Shown here piece after piece: positions 20,096 through 29,207 of a DNA stretch of 37,974 nucleotides (position 1 is its first letter; every line of letters starts with the position of its first letter). Source of the DNA: an uncultured Clostridium sp. (GTDB taxonomy: Bacteria > Bacillota > Clostridia > TANB77 > CAG-508); NCBI GenBank assembly GCA_964634355.1, contig CAZWIF010000004.1, positions 1 through 37,974 on the forward strand, written 5' to 3'. The notes below the pieces were generated by a model, which saw only the letters and a program-made list of their open reading frames with translations, had not been told where the DNA came from and ran no database searches. Both the position numbers and the translations under genes were made by a program.

Positions 20096-21526
20096 CTAAA
20101 ATCTAAAATATATGAAAGGACTATATGATGAGCCTGTCATATATAGAATTGCCAATAAAAATATTATTATTAATATAATAAATTCTATAATTTCTAATAT
20201 CCAAATATTATTGTCTTTTACTTTTTCACATATTTTATTTTTTATGAAGGATATAATAGGAGTTGAGAATATTATAGCAGCAATACAAAATGTTATATTC
20301 TCAACATTTAATATAGAATATATTGCTTCTAATCCATTAATATTAAATACAAACATACATTTTATATAATCAATAGCTATTGTTAAATTATCTGCTCTAA
20401 AGAATACCCAACCGATTAATATAATTACTAGTGTATATACTCTTTTTATTATGGTTGGCATTTTCTCAAGTATTTCTCCAAATTTTCCTCTCTCTAATAT
20501 TAGAAATATTCCATACCATAGTCCCCAAACTATAAAGTTCCAACTTGCTCCATGCCAAATTCCCGTTATTATAAATACTATTAATAAATTTCTATATGTT
20601 TTCCATTTTCCCTCTCTACTACCTCCTAGAGGTATATATATGTAATCCTTAAACCATGTTGATAATGATATGTGCCATCTTCTCCAGAATTCTTTAATTG
20701 ATTTTGATATATATGGATAATTAAAATTTTCAAGAAAATCAAAGCCAAACATTTTTCCAAGTCCTATTGCCATATCTGAATAGCCAGAAAAATCATGATA
20801 TATCTGTAATGCATATAATATTATTCCAACCCAAGCTATAATACTATTATTATAATATTCACTATTTTCAAATATAGTATCTGCAATATATCCTGCTGAA
20901 TTTGAAAGTAAAATCTTCTTAGAAAAACCTATTATAAATCTTTTTATTCCTGCATAAAATTTCTCAATAGTAACACTTCTATTATTTATTTGTTCATTTA
21001 TATCTGTATATCTTACTATTGGACCTGCTATCATTTGTGGAAATAGCATTATATATAAGGCTAAATCAATGATATTTTTTTGTGCTTCAACTTTATTTTT
21101 ATATACATCTATAACGTATGACAATATTTGAAATGTAAAAAATGATATTCCTATTGGTAATGTTATTGCTCTTACTTGAATATTTATATTAAAATTTAAG
21201 AAACCTAATAAGTTTAATAAATTTTCTAATATAAAGTTAAAATATTTATAATATACTAATACTCCTATATCTATTAAAAGTACTAATATGAATATTAATT
21301 TTTTACTTTTTTTATTATTTTCATATTTTGCTAATGCCAAACCTGCTACGTAATTTATAAATATTAACATAGCAAGTAACAATACATATGAGCCTCCACC
21401 CCAGGAATAACAAATAATAGAGGCAATTAATAGTAGTGCATTCTGATATTTTCTTTTTGCTAAGAAATATAGGCATAATGTTAGTGGTAAAAATATGAAC
21501 AAAAATACCGGTGTAGTAAATACCAT
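20096..21526 (-). CDS. MBOAT-family membrane O-acyltransferase (AlgI/DltB/PatA-like)
   Basis: 476-aa polytopic protein with FWRRWHISLSTWFKDYIYIPLGGS and the invariant-His block GIWHGASWNFIVWG. A strong SD (AGGAAGGAGA) lies upstream, 2 nt after the upstream stop. Confidence 0.9.
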   Translation of the reverse strand: MVFTTPVFLFIFLPLTLCLYFLAKRKYQNALLLIASIICYSWGGGSYVLLLAMLIFINYVAGLALAKYENNKKSKKLIFILVLLIDIGVLVYYKYFNFILENLLNLLGFLNFNINIQVRAITLPIGISFFTFQILSYVIDVYKNKVEAQKNIIDLALYIMLFPQMIAGPIVRYTDINEQINNRSVTIEKFYAGIKRFIIGFSKKILLSNSAGYIADTIFENSEYYNNSIIAWVGIILYALQIYHDFSGYSDMAIGLGKMFGFDFLENFNYPYISKSIKEFWRRWHISLSTWFKDYIYIPLGGSREGKWKTYRNLLIVFIITGIWHGASWNFIVWGLWYGIFLILERGKFGEILEKMPTIIKRVYTLVIILIGWVFFRADNLTIAIDYIKCMFVFNINGLEAIYSILNVENITFCIAAIIFSTPIISFIKNKICEKVKDNNIWILEIIEFIILIIIFLLAILYMTGSSYSPFIYFRF

Positions 21527-21528
21527 GC

Positions 21529-22758
21529 TTATTCTCCTTCCTTTGCTATTTCTGGAAAACCATATTCTTCTAAGTATTGTCTTAATATTTTAGGAAAACC
21601 TGCTCCCATATCATCTAGATATTCTTGATTTACTTCTAATATAATAATGTCTTTATCTCGTAAATATTCATCTAATATTTCTTTAGTTACATTATTATCG
21701 TCCATTTCTTCTTGTACAGTATTTCCATTTTTATCATAATGCCTTATAAATTGTCTGTAAAACATAAAGTCTATTTCTGAAAATATATTTTTGGTCATAG
21801 TCTCAGTTAAATGCCAACTAAAACTGCCTCCCTGCATAAATAATTTTTTATTTGGTATATTTCCATTTTCAAAATTTAATATTGTTTTATAATATATTTC
21901 TTCCTTATCTTTATTAAATATATTTAATAAAGAAAATAAATCCGAATCAGTCGATTGATCTTCAAATATATCATTAGAGGTTTGTATATCTACTATTTCA
22001 AAATTTCTTAAGTTTAGTGTAGAAGTATTATCTATATAATTAATAAATTCTCTTAATACGTATGAAGAAGCCGCATAACTCCAATGAATTCCCGTTTTAT
22101 AATACAAAGGTACCTTAATATTTTCTTCATTTTCTCTAAAAAATTTAGGAGAATCATAATACTTTATCCCTTCAGATTGTAATAATGGTACAAAGATATC
22201 ATAATTTCTTGTATATTCTGACACATTTTTAGCCATTTCATAGTATTTATCTGGTATATACTCTGAGCAAAATTCTGCTTTGCTTGGAGTTATTATTACA
22301 TAAAATTCTTTTCCATTATTATTGCAAATATCCTGTATAGCTTTAATATCTTTTACTAAATCATTTAAGTATTCCTCTGATACCACAGTATTAATTCCTA
22401 GATATTCATTTACATACAATTCTTCAAATAGATAATTTTCTTTTCCAATTATCGCATAACCTTGCTTAAAAATATCATATCTTAATTGATTATAGCATTT
22501 TATAAATATATTTCTATAAGGAAAATTTTCTGCATAGTATGTATCAAAATCTTTTTGATATTCCCCGTTTAAATAAGATTTAATTGAATAAATTGGCTCT
22601 GAAATTTCATCTGTTATTCCATAAAGTTGCTCATCTTTTACTACATGTAATAGTGAATTTAGATATGGAAAAGTAATTATAATCATAAAAATAATTATAA
22701 AAACAATTTTATATTTTTTACTATTTTTCATTTTTACTTTATTTCTCCTAATTATCAA
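21529..22758 (-). CDS. AlgX/AlgJ/PatB-like (DHHW-family) extracytoplasmic acyltransferase partner of the MBOAT
   Basis: N-terminal signal anchor (KYKIVFIIIFMIIITFPYL), an HW block (YYKTGIHWSYAAS) and a Ser block (MQGGSFSW). It sits immediately upstream of, and is coupled to, the MBOAT gene. The ORF-track start is TTG; ATG 22731 is an alternative. Confidence 0.65.
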   Translation of the reverse strand: MIIRRNKVKMKNSKKYKIVFIIIFMIIITFPYLNSLLHVVKDEQLYGITDEISEPIYSIKSYLNGEYQKDFDTYYAENFPYRNIFIKCYNQLRYDIFKQGYAIIGKENYLFEELYVNEYLGINTVVSEEYLNDLVKDIKAIQDICNNNGKEFYVIITPSKAEFCSEYIPDKYYEMAKNVSEYTRNYDIFVPLLQSEGIKYYDSPKFFRENEENIKVPLYYKTGIHWSYAASSYVLREFINYIDNTSTLNLRNFEIVDIQTSNDIFEDQSTDSDLFSLLNIFNKDKEEIYYKTILNFENGNIPNKKLFMQGGSFSWHLTETMTKNIFSEIDFMFYRQFIRHYDKNGNTVQEEMDDNNVTKEILDEYLRDKDIIILEVNQEYLDDMGAGFPKILRQYLEEYGFPEIAKEGE

Positions 22759-23133
22759 TATATATTATTATTTCGTCATTACCTTTATTATCTTTTAATA
22801 TAAAAAACTCTACTGCATTAATTCTCAAAAAGAAAAATCCTTGTAGTATTTATATTTCAGCTCTTAAATATAGTTAAATCAACGATTTTCAGAATTGCAA
22901 CTACAAACTTGTCATTTTTAATCATTCATATATTAGCATAACACGACAAAAAATGCAAGAGCATTTTTTACAGAGGCATTTCATCACATTTGTTACAAAA
23001 TTGTAGGCTTAATTTTTTGAAATTGTAAAATCAGAAAAAGAATCTATTGCTTTTTTGAAAATGATATGTTATATTGTCTAATATAATGAAATCAAAATAA
23101 TAAAAATATATATTTAGACAATAGGGAGGATTT

Positions 23134-24630
23134 ATGAAATATATTATAAATAAAAAGGTATTATTGCTTTTTATTGCTGTAATATTGTTTTTTATAGTTC
23201 TATTCATAGATTTTAATTATTACAAAAATTTATATATCTCTAGCAATTATATAGATATTAGTGAAGTTGAGAAAATTACTGAAGGTAGAGAAGAGTATGG
23301 AGACATTATAAATCTATATTATAAAGATAATGTAATACCTTATAACATAGATGAAAATTATTATTTGTTTCATGTAGCAAACAGTGAAGAATATAAAAAA
23401 ATATATTCTGATAATACTTTTAGTGCTAATATTATAAATCAAGAGGATGATAATACAATACATTTAATTATATATAATGATAATTATTATAAAATTACTA
23501 AAATTAAGCTTACAAATATTCCAGTTATATCAATCAATACAAATGAAACCATAGAAGAAAAAATGTATGGAGACATATACTTATATAGCTCAAATGAAAC
23601 ACTGAATACAACTAATATAATAAATTATAATTGTGAATTTCATATAAGAGGAGTATCAAGCCAAGGGGCACAAAAAAAATCTTATAAAATAAATCTGTTA
23701 ACGAGTAAAGGAAAGAAGCTTGAAATATCTATGCTAGGAATGGACAGTGATGATGATTGGATTTTAAATCCACTTTTTTCAGATGAATCTTACATAAGAG
23801 AAAAAATAGGATATGATATTTGGAATTCATTGAGTGATGAATTTAATCATACTCTAGAATATGTTGAATTAATAATAGATAATTCATATCAAGGAATATA
23901 TTGTTTACAAGAAGCAGTTGATTTAGATATTTTAGCAGCAGATAAGAATAACGATTTTTTTATATCTATAAAAAAATATCCTGACAATATAGAAAACAGT
24001 GTATTATTTGACGATTCGTATACTGAAGAATCAGAAATAATAGATGAATTTGAAATGGAAGAGGGACTTGAGAATAATTATAGCCTGAGAAGAAACCTAT
24101 TACGAGCATTTATGAATAAGAAAAACGGTATAGCGGAAAATAGTATAGAGTATGATTTGAAAAACAATGCAAATTACACTGTATTTATAAATTTGATATT
24201 AGCACCAGATAATATTTTTATAAACCAAAAAATATTATTTAGGAATATGGAAAATTATTATTTAATTCAAAAAACACCATGGGATTTAGATTTTTCAATG
24301 TTAAATAAGATTATGGCACAATCGGTGAAATATATATGGGACATTAATGTGATTTTGTGCGATGTAACATTATCAACTGAATATACTGAAAGCTATGAAT
24401 TTATGCAATATCAAAAAGAACAATATTTTAAAATCAGGGAGACAATATATAATGAGGAAACTTTAAATAATATGATAGATTCATATTGTAATTATTTAAA
24501 ACAAAGTGGGGCAGTTGAAAGAAACTGTGCAAAATGGGGTAATAATAACTTTGAAGAAGAATGTCAAGTGCTAAAAAATTTTTTCAAGGAGAGAATTGCT
24601 GTTTTAGATGACTACTATGGAGGTTTATAA
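23134..24630 (+). CDS. CotH-family atypical protein kinase with N-terminal signal anchor
   Basis: 498 aa. The N terminus (KYIINKK followed by VLLLFIAVILFFIVLFI) predicts an N-in/C-out anchor. CotH-like blocks are KKSYKINL, DDDWILNPLFSDESYIREKIGYDIW and KTPWDLDFS. GGGAGG SD upstream. Confidence 0.8.
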   Translation: MKYIINKKVLLLFIAVILFFIVLFIDFNYYKNLYISSNYIDISEVEKITEGREEYGDIINLYYKDNVIPYNIDENYYLFHVANSEEYKKIYSDNTFSANIINQEDDNTIHLIIYNDNYYKITKIKLTNIPVISINTNETIEEKMYGDIYLYSSNETLNTTNIINYNCEFHIRGVSSQGAQKKSYKINLLTSKGKKLEISMLGMDSDDDWILNPLFSDESYIREKIGYDIWNSLSDEFNHTLEYVELIIDNSYQGIYCLQEAVDLDILAADKNNDFFISIKKYPDNIENSVLFDDSYTEESEIIDEFEMEEGLENNYSLRRNLLRAFMNKKNGIAENSIEYDLKNNANYTVFINLILAPDNIFINQKILFRNMENYYLIQKTPWDLDFSMLNKIMAQSVKYIWDINVILCDVTLSTEYTESYEFMQYQKEQYFKIRETIYNEETLNNMIDSYCNYLKQSGAVERNCAKWGNNNFEEECQVLKNFFKERIAVLDDYYGGL

Positions 24631-25325
24631 TGGAGTATAGAAGAGAACTAAAATATATTGTGAAAAGTAGTGATTTAGCAATATTAGAACAACGAATGAA
24701 TACCGTAATGAAGTTGGACAAGAATGTATTTGATGGTAATGCTTATAATATTAGAAGCATTTACTTTGATAATTATTATAATGAATATTTTTATGATAAT
24801 GAGGATGGAGTTAATGAAAGATTAAAAATTAGAATGAGAATATATAATAGGTCGGATTCCATAATAAAATTAGAAATAAAATACAAGAATAATGGGGTAA
24901 CTAAAAAAGAAGCTTGTTGTATTAGTAGAGCTGTATGCGATAAATTAATTCGTGGTGAAAAATTAAACATAACTGATTGCAAAAACAACAAGGTGTTAAA
25001 TAAAATTTATATAGAAGAACACACGAAATTATTAAAGCCTAAGGTTATAGTAGAATACGAAAGAAGAGCATATGTTGATTATATTGGAAATGTTAGAATT
25101 ACATTCGATACCAATATTAGAGCATCCAAATACATAGATAGATTTTTTGAAGAGGATATTTATGCAGCACCAATATTAGAAACAGGTGCACATGTTCTCG
25201 AAGTAAAATATGATGAATTATTACCAGATTATATATCTGGCAGTATAGAATTAAATACTCTTGAACAAACAGCATTTTCAAAATATTATTTATCAAGATT
25301 GAGATTTGAGGAGGAGATAATATGA
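24630..25325 (+). CDS. VTC-domain protein (Vtc4-like polyphosphate polymerase / triphosphate-tunnel fold)
   Basis: 231 aa and soluble. YRRELKYIV, IRSIYFDNYY, RLKIRMRIY, LEIKYK and HVLEVKY resemble the basic tunnel strands of the VTC catalytic domain. Its start overlaps the CotH stop (TAATG). Confidence 0.75.
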   Translation: MEYRRELKYIVKSSDLAILEQRMNTVMKLDKNVFDGNAYNIRSIYFDNYYNEYFYDNEDGVNERLKIRMRIYNRSDSIIKLEIKYKNNGVTKKEACCISRAVCDKLIRGEKLNITDCKNNKVLNKIYIEEHTKLLKPKVIVEYERRAYVDYIGNVRITFDTNIRASKYIDRFFEEDIYAAPILETGAHVLEVKYDELLPDYISGSIELNTLEQTAFSKYYLSRLRFEEEII

Positions 25326-25993
25326 GTTTTAAAGATGTTATAAAAAGTTCAGTTTTAGAAGGTTTTTCTTCTGACATCACAACAACAAAAATTGTTATTA
25401 CATTAGTTTTTTCAGCGATAATAGGAATATTAATATATTTTGTTTATAAATACAAAACAAAATCAAGTTTTTATTCCAAGGATTTTAATATTGTTTTAGT
25501 TGGATTACCTGTTATAACAGCAGCAATAGTACTCGCAATGCAATCAAACATTGTCATTTCATTAGGTATGGTTGGTGCTCTATCAATAGTACGTTTTAGA
25601 AATGCAGTTAAAAGTTCAATGGATTTGTTATTCTTATTTTGGTCTATAAGTATTGGTATTATATGTGGTGCTGGAATTTATGAATTGGCTTTAATATTAT
25701 CATTTGTAATTGCAATATTATTAATTTTAAGTGACTATGTTCCATTGAAGAAACAATCATTATTACTAATTATTAATGGAAGCGATATCAATATTGAAGA
25801 AAATTTAATACCAAAATTAGAAAAATTAACTTCTTTTTATAAAATAAAATCAAGGAGTATACATAACAATCATGTTGATATGATAATTGAGATAAAGAGT
25901 AAAAAGGACTTTAAAATTGTTAAAGAATGTTCTGAAATTGAAAATGTTGAAAATGTAAGTCTATTATCTCATGATGGAGAAGAAAGATTATAA
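25322..25993 (+). CDS. DUF4956-family membrane protein
   Basis: 223 aa with about 4 TM helices and the family-typical block GMVGALSIVRFRNAVKSSMDLLFLFWSISIGIICGAG, then an about 80-aa soluble C-terminal domain. ATGA overlap with the VTC gene. Confidence 0.75.
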   Translation: MSFKDVIKSSVLEGFSSDITTTKIVITLVFSAIIGILIYFVYKYKTKSSFYSKDFNIVLVGLPVITAAIVLAMQSNIVISLGMVGALSIVRFRNAVKSSMDLLFLFWSISIGIICGAGIYELALILSFVIAILLILSDYVPLKKQSLLLIINGSDINIEENLIPKLEKLTSFYKIKSRSIHNNHVDMIIEIKSKKDFKIVKECSEIENVENVSLLSHDGEERL

Positions 25994-26041
25994 AAAAGTA
26001 TATTAATATCAAATAAGGTTACAATAAAAAAAGAGGTAAGT

Positions 26042-26887
26042 ATGAATTTGATATTAAAATTAATTGAATTTATAGTATATTCAATTTTAATAGTTTTAGT
26101 AACTAAATATTTTCTAATAAAAGCACTTAGAAAATTAGCAAGTGCGTTAGATTTAGATTCAAAAATAGTAGGAGACATTGCAGGTATTGCAACTTCTATG
26201 CCTGAACTTATAAGCGTCTTTTTTACATCTTTGCAAGGAATGTTTGTTACAGGAATATTTAATATTTTGAGTTCAAACATCATTAATGTTCTTCAATATA
26301 CTTTTTCAATATTGCTGAATAAAAACCAAAGAATGTTGAAAAATGAAGCATTGAAGGTAGATGTTTTAATGGTAATAATGACAATATTGTTACCATTATC
26401 TGTAGTCATTTTTAATATTGAACTTAACATTGGATTTATTCCTATATTTATTATGCTGTTTATTTTGTTTTATATAATTAATAGAAATGGTCATAAGATG
26501 TATTTATCAAATATAAAAACAGAGGAAACAATGGAAATAGAAGAAGAGAAAAGATGGAATAAAGGGAAGAAAAAGGTTGTAATAAAAAATGCAATTTATA
26601 TTGTTTTAATTGGTATAATACTCTTTATAATTGGAGAATTGTTAGGAAGAGTAGTGAGAGATTTAAGTTCAGTATTTAATATATCTGAGCTAATTATAGG
26701 AATTGCACTAGGATTTATAACAAGTTTACCTGAATTAATTACTTTCTTTGAATCACAAAAACATTCAAAGAAAGAGGAGAACGAAATGGCAGGAGTAGTT
26801 GAGGCTACTAATAATTTATTAACCTCAAATGTAATTAATTTATTTGTTGTTTTAACGATTGGAATACTTATAACAGCAATGATATAG
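26042..26887 (+). CDS. CaCA-superfamily cation/Ca2+ exchanger-like membrane protein (YrbG/NCX_Mj-like)
   Basis: 281 aa. Two alpha-repeat signatures are present: IVGDIAGIATSMPELISVF ... LSSNIINV and IGIALGFITSLPELITFF ... LTSNVINL. Confidence 0.7.
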   Translation: MNLILKLIEFIVYSILIVLVTKYFLIKALRKLASALDLDSKIVGDIAGIATSMPELISVFFTSLQGMFVTGIFNILSSNIINVLQYTFSILLNKNQRMLKNEALKVDVLMVIMTILLPLSVVIFNIELNIGFIPIFIMLFILFYIINRNGHKMYLSNIKTEETMEIEEEKRWNKGKKKVVIKNAIYIVLIGIILFIIGELLGRVVRDLSSVFNISELIIGIALGFITSLPELITFFESQKHSKKEENEMAGVVEATNNLLTSNVINLFVVLTIGILITAMI

Positions 26888-26914
26888 GAAGAAAATTATA
26901 ATTTTTTATAAATC

Positions 26915-26943
26915 TTGTATAATAAAAAAATTTTTGATATACT
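26915..26943 (+). promoter_or_regulatory. candidate promoter placing the transcription start within 1-3 nt of the priA ATG
   Basis: TTGTAT, 17 nt, TATACT. The -10 ends 9 nt before ATG 26953 and there is no SD in between. Confidence 0.4.
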
Positions 26944-26952
26944 ATATTCATT

Positions 26953-29178
26953 ATGGTAGTAGAAGTTATAATTAATAGTAATGTAAAAAATCTTAATAAA
27001 ATATTTGACTATAACGTGCCTATAGATTTAGAAGCCAATATTAAAATAGGTAGAAGAGTTCTAGTGCCTTTTGGAAATATGAAGAAATTACAAGAGGGGT
27101 TTATTATAGGCATAAAAGAGAAATCAGATTATGAAATAAAAGATATAGCTAGTGCACAAAGAGATGATTATATAGAAGAAGACAAAATCGACTTAGCAAA
27201 ACTTATGGCAAGAAAATACTTTTGCAATATTTCTGATTGTATAAAATTAATGTTACCTCCAGGAACCACTACTAAAAATTTTAATAATAGGGTTAGAGAA
27301 AAATCAGCTAGATTTGTATATCTATTAAAAACAGAGGAGGAAATAATTGAAGATATAGATAATAAGGTTATAAAATCAGATAAACAAAAAAGAATATTAA
27401 AGTTTTTGATAGACAACGATGAAGTTTCTACAGTAGATTTAGAAGCATTTACTGAAACAACAAGTGCGAATATAAAGACTTTAGAGAAGAAAGGATACAT
27501 AGAAGTTGTAGAAAAAAGTATAGAGAGAAATCCATTTGCCCATAAAAATATACAATCTACGAAAAGATTAGAATTAACAGATGAACAGAAAAATGCTTTT
27601 GATAAAGTATTATATAATATAAAGAGTAATGCTTTTGGAGAGTTTCTAATTTTTGGAGTAACAGGTTCAGGAAAGACAGAAGTGTATTTGCAATTAATAG
27701 AAGAGGTTTTAAAAAGGGACAAAACATCAATCGTTTTAGTACCAGAAATATCTTTAACTCCACAGATGGTGGATAGGTTTATTGCTAGATTTGGAGAAGA
27801 TAAGATAGCTGTATTACACAGTAAATTGTCTGTAGGGGAAAGATATGACCAATGGAAAAAAATAGAGTCAGAAAGTGTGAAAATAGTCATAGGTGCACGT
27901 TCAGCAATATTTGCACCTGTTAAGAATTTGGGGCTTATTATCATAGATGAAGAGCATGATTTATCTTATAAATCTGATAAAAATCCTAGATATAATGCAA
28001 AAGAAATTGCTAGATATCTAGCAAAGAGAGAAAATATACCACTGGTTCTAGGGAGTGCAACACCAGATATAAATTCATATTACAATGCAATACATAAAAA
28101 AACAACCTTGCTTACGCTAACAAAAAGAGCTAATAATTCTAGATTACCAAATGTTGAAATAATTGACTTAAAAGAAGAATTAGCCAATGGAAATAGGAGT
28201 ATGTTAAGTAGAAAATTATATTCAGCTATTGAGAATAATTTAAAGGATAAAAAACAAACAATATTGTTCCTTAATAGAAGAGGATATTCTACTTTTGTGA
28301 TGTGTAGAGATTGTGGCTATACTATAAAATGTAATAAATGTAATGTTAGTATGACTTATCATATTGACCAAAACAAGTTGAAATGCCATTATTGCGGGTA
28401 TGAGAGAAAGAATGTAACTATTTGTCCCGAATGTAAAAGTAAAAATATTAGATATTTTGGAACAGGAACAGAAAAATTAGAAGCAGAAATACATAAGATA
28501 TTCCCTATGGCATCAACAATAAGAATGGATGTAGACACAGTTAGTAAGAAAAATTCTCATGAAATGATTTTAGAAAAATTTAAAAATGAAAATATAAATA
28601 TATTAATTGGTACTCAAATGGTGGTAAAAGGACATCATTTTCCAAATGTTACATTAGTTGGAGTGATTGCTGCTGACAGTAGTCTATTTATAGATGACTA
28701 TAGAAGTAATGAAAGAACTTTTCAAATATTAACACAAGTAGCTGGAAGAGCTGGAAGAGAAGGAAATAATGGAGAGGTAATAATTCAAACATATAATCCA
28801 GACAATTTTGCAATTGAATGTTCTAAACTACAAAATTACAAAATGTTCTATGATGAAGAAATAAAATTTAGAGAAATGTTGAAATATCCTCCATTTTGCG
28901 ATATAATAAAAATCGAAGTCAATGATATTAGTAGAAATCAAGTTGCAAAAATAGCTACACAGATCTATAATAATTTACTAAAACAAAATGTTGATGAAAG
29001 AATGTTAATATATAAACCGATGCCGTCTCCAATAGACAAGGTAAAAAATAGGTATAGATGGAGAATTATTGCAAGATGTAAATTTTCTAATATCATTATA
29101 GATAGAATAAACAATAGTATTGAAGGCATTAGAAATACTAGAATTTTGATAGATGTTAATCCTAACAATATGATGTAG
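26953..29178 (+). CDS. priA: primosomal protein N' (replication restart helicase)
   Basis: 741 aa. It has Walker A GVTGSGKTEVY, DEEHD, and the Cys-rich Zn region CRDCGYTIKCNKCNVSMTYH..LKCHYCGY..CPECKS. No SD precedes the ATG. Confidence 0.95.
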   Translation: MVVEVIINSNVKNLNKIFDYNVPIDLEANIKIGRRVLVPFGNMKKLQEGFIIGIKEKSDYEIKDIASAQRDDYIEEDKIDLAKLMARKYFCNISDCIKLMLPPGTTTKNFNNRVREKSARFVYLLKTEEEIIEDIDNKVIKSDKQKRILKFLIDNDEVSTVDLEAFTETTSANIKTLEKKGYIEVVEKSIERNPFAHKNIQSTKRLELTDEQKNAFDKVLYNIKSNAFGEFLIFGVTGSGKTEVYLQLIEEVLKRDKTSIVLVPEISLTPQMVDRFIARFGEDKIAVLHSKLSVGERYDQWKKIESESVKIVIGARSAIFAPVKNLGLIIIDEEHDLSYKSDKNPRYNAKEIARYLAKRENIPLVLGSATPDINSYYNAIHKKTTLLTLTKRANNSRLPNVEIIDLKEELANGNRSMLSRKLYSAIENNLKDKKQTILFLNRRGYSTFVMCRDCGYTIKCNKCNVSMTYHIDQNKLKCHYCGYERKNVTICPECKSKNIRYFGTGTEKLEAEIHKIFPMASTIRMDVDTVSKKNSHEMILEKFKNENINILIGTQMVVKGHHFPNVTLVGVIAADSSLFIDDYRSNERTFQILTQVAGRAGREGNNGEVIIQTYNPDNFAIECSKLQNYKMFYDEEIKFREMLKYPPFCDIIKIEVNDISRNQVAKIATQIYNNLLKQNVDERMLIYKPMPSPIDKVKNRYRWRIIARCKFSNIIIDRINNSIEGIRNTRILIDVNPNNMM

Positions 29179-29207
29179 TAATTGAAAAAATGGCATAAGG
29201 TATAAAA

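Noticed and set aside
22948-22969. The AAAAAATGCAAGAGCATTTTTT hairpin as an intrinsic terminator.
   Set aside because: It has only three G-C pairs and sits between two divergently transcribed genes, where no transcript needs terminating. I kept it only as a note within the intergenic-region finding.
27168-27944. A 258-aa ORF antisense to priA, unusually long for AT-rich DNA.
   Set aside because: It lies entirely inside the well-supported priA CDS and has no SD. Its composition is low-complexity and rich in Ser, Phe, Ile and Leu, as expected from the reverse complement of Lys/Glu/Asn-rich codons. It has no recognisable motif, so I treat it as a shadow ORF.
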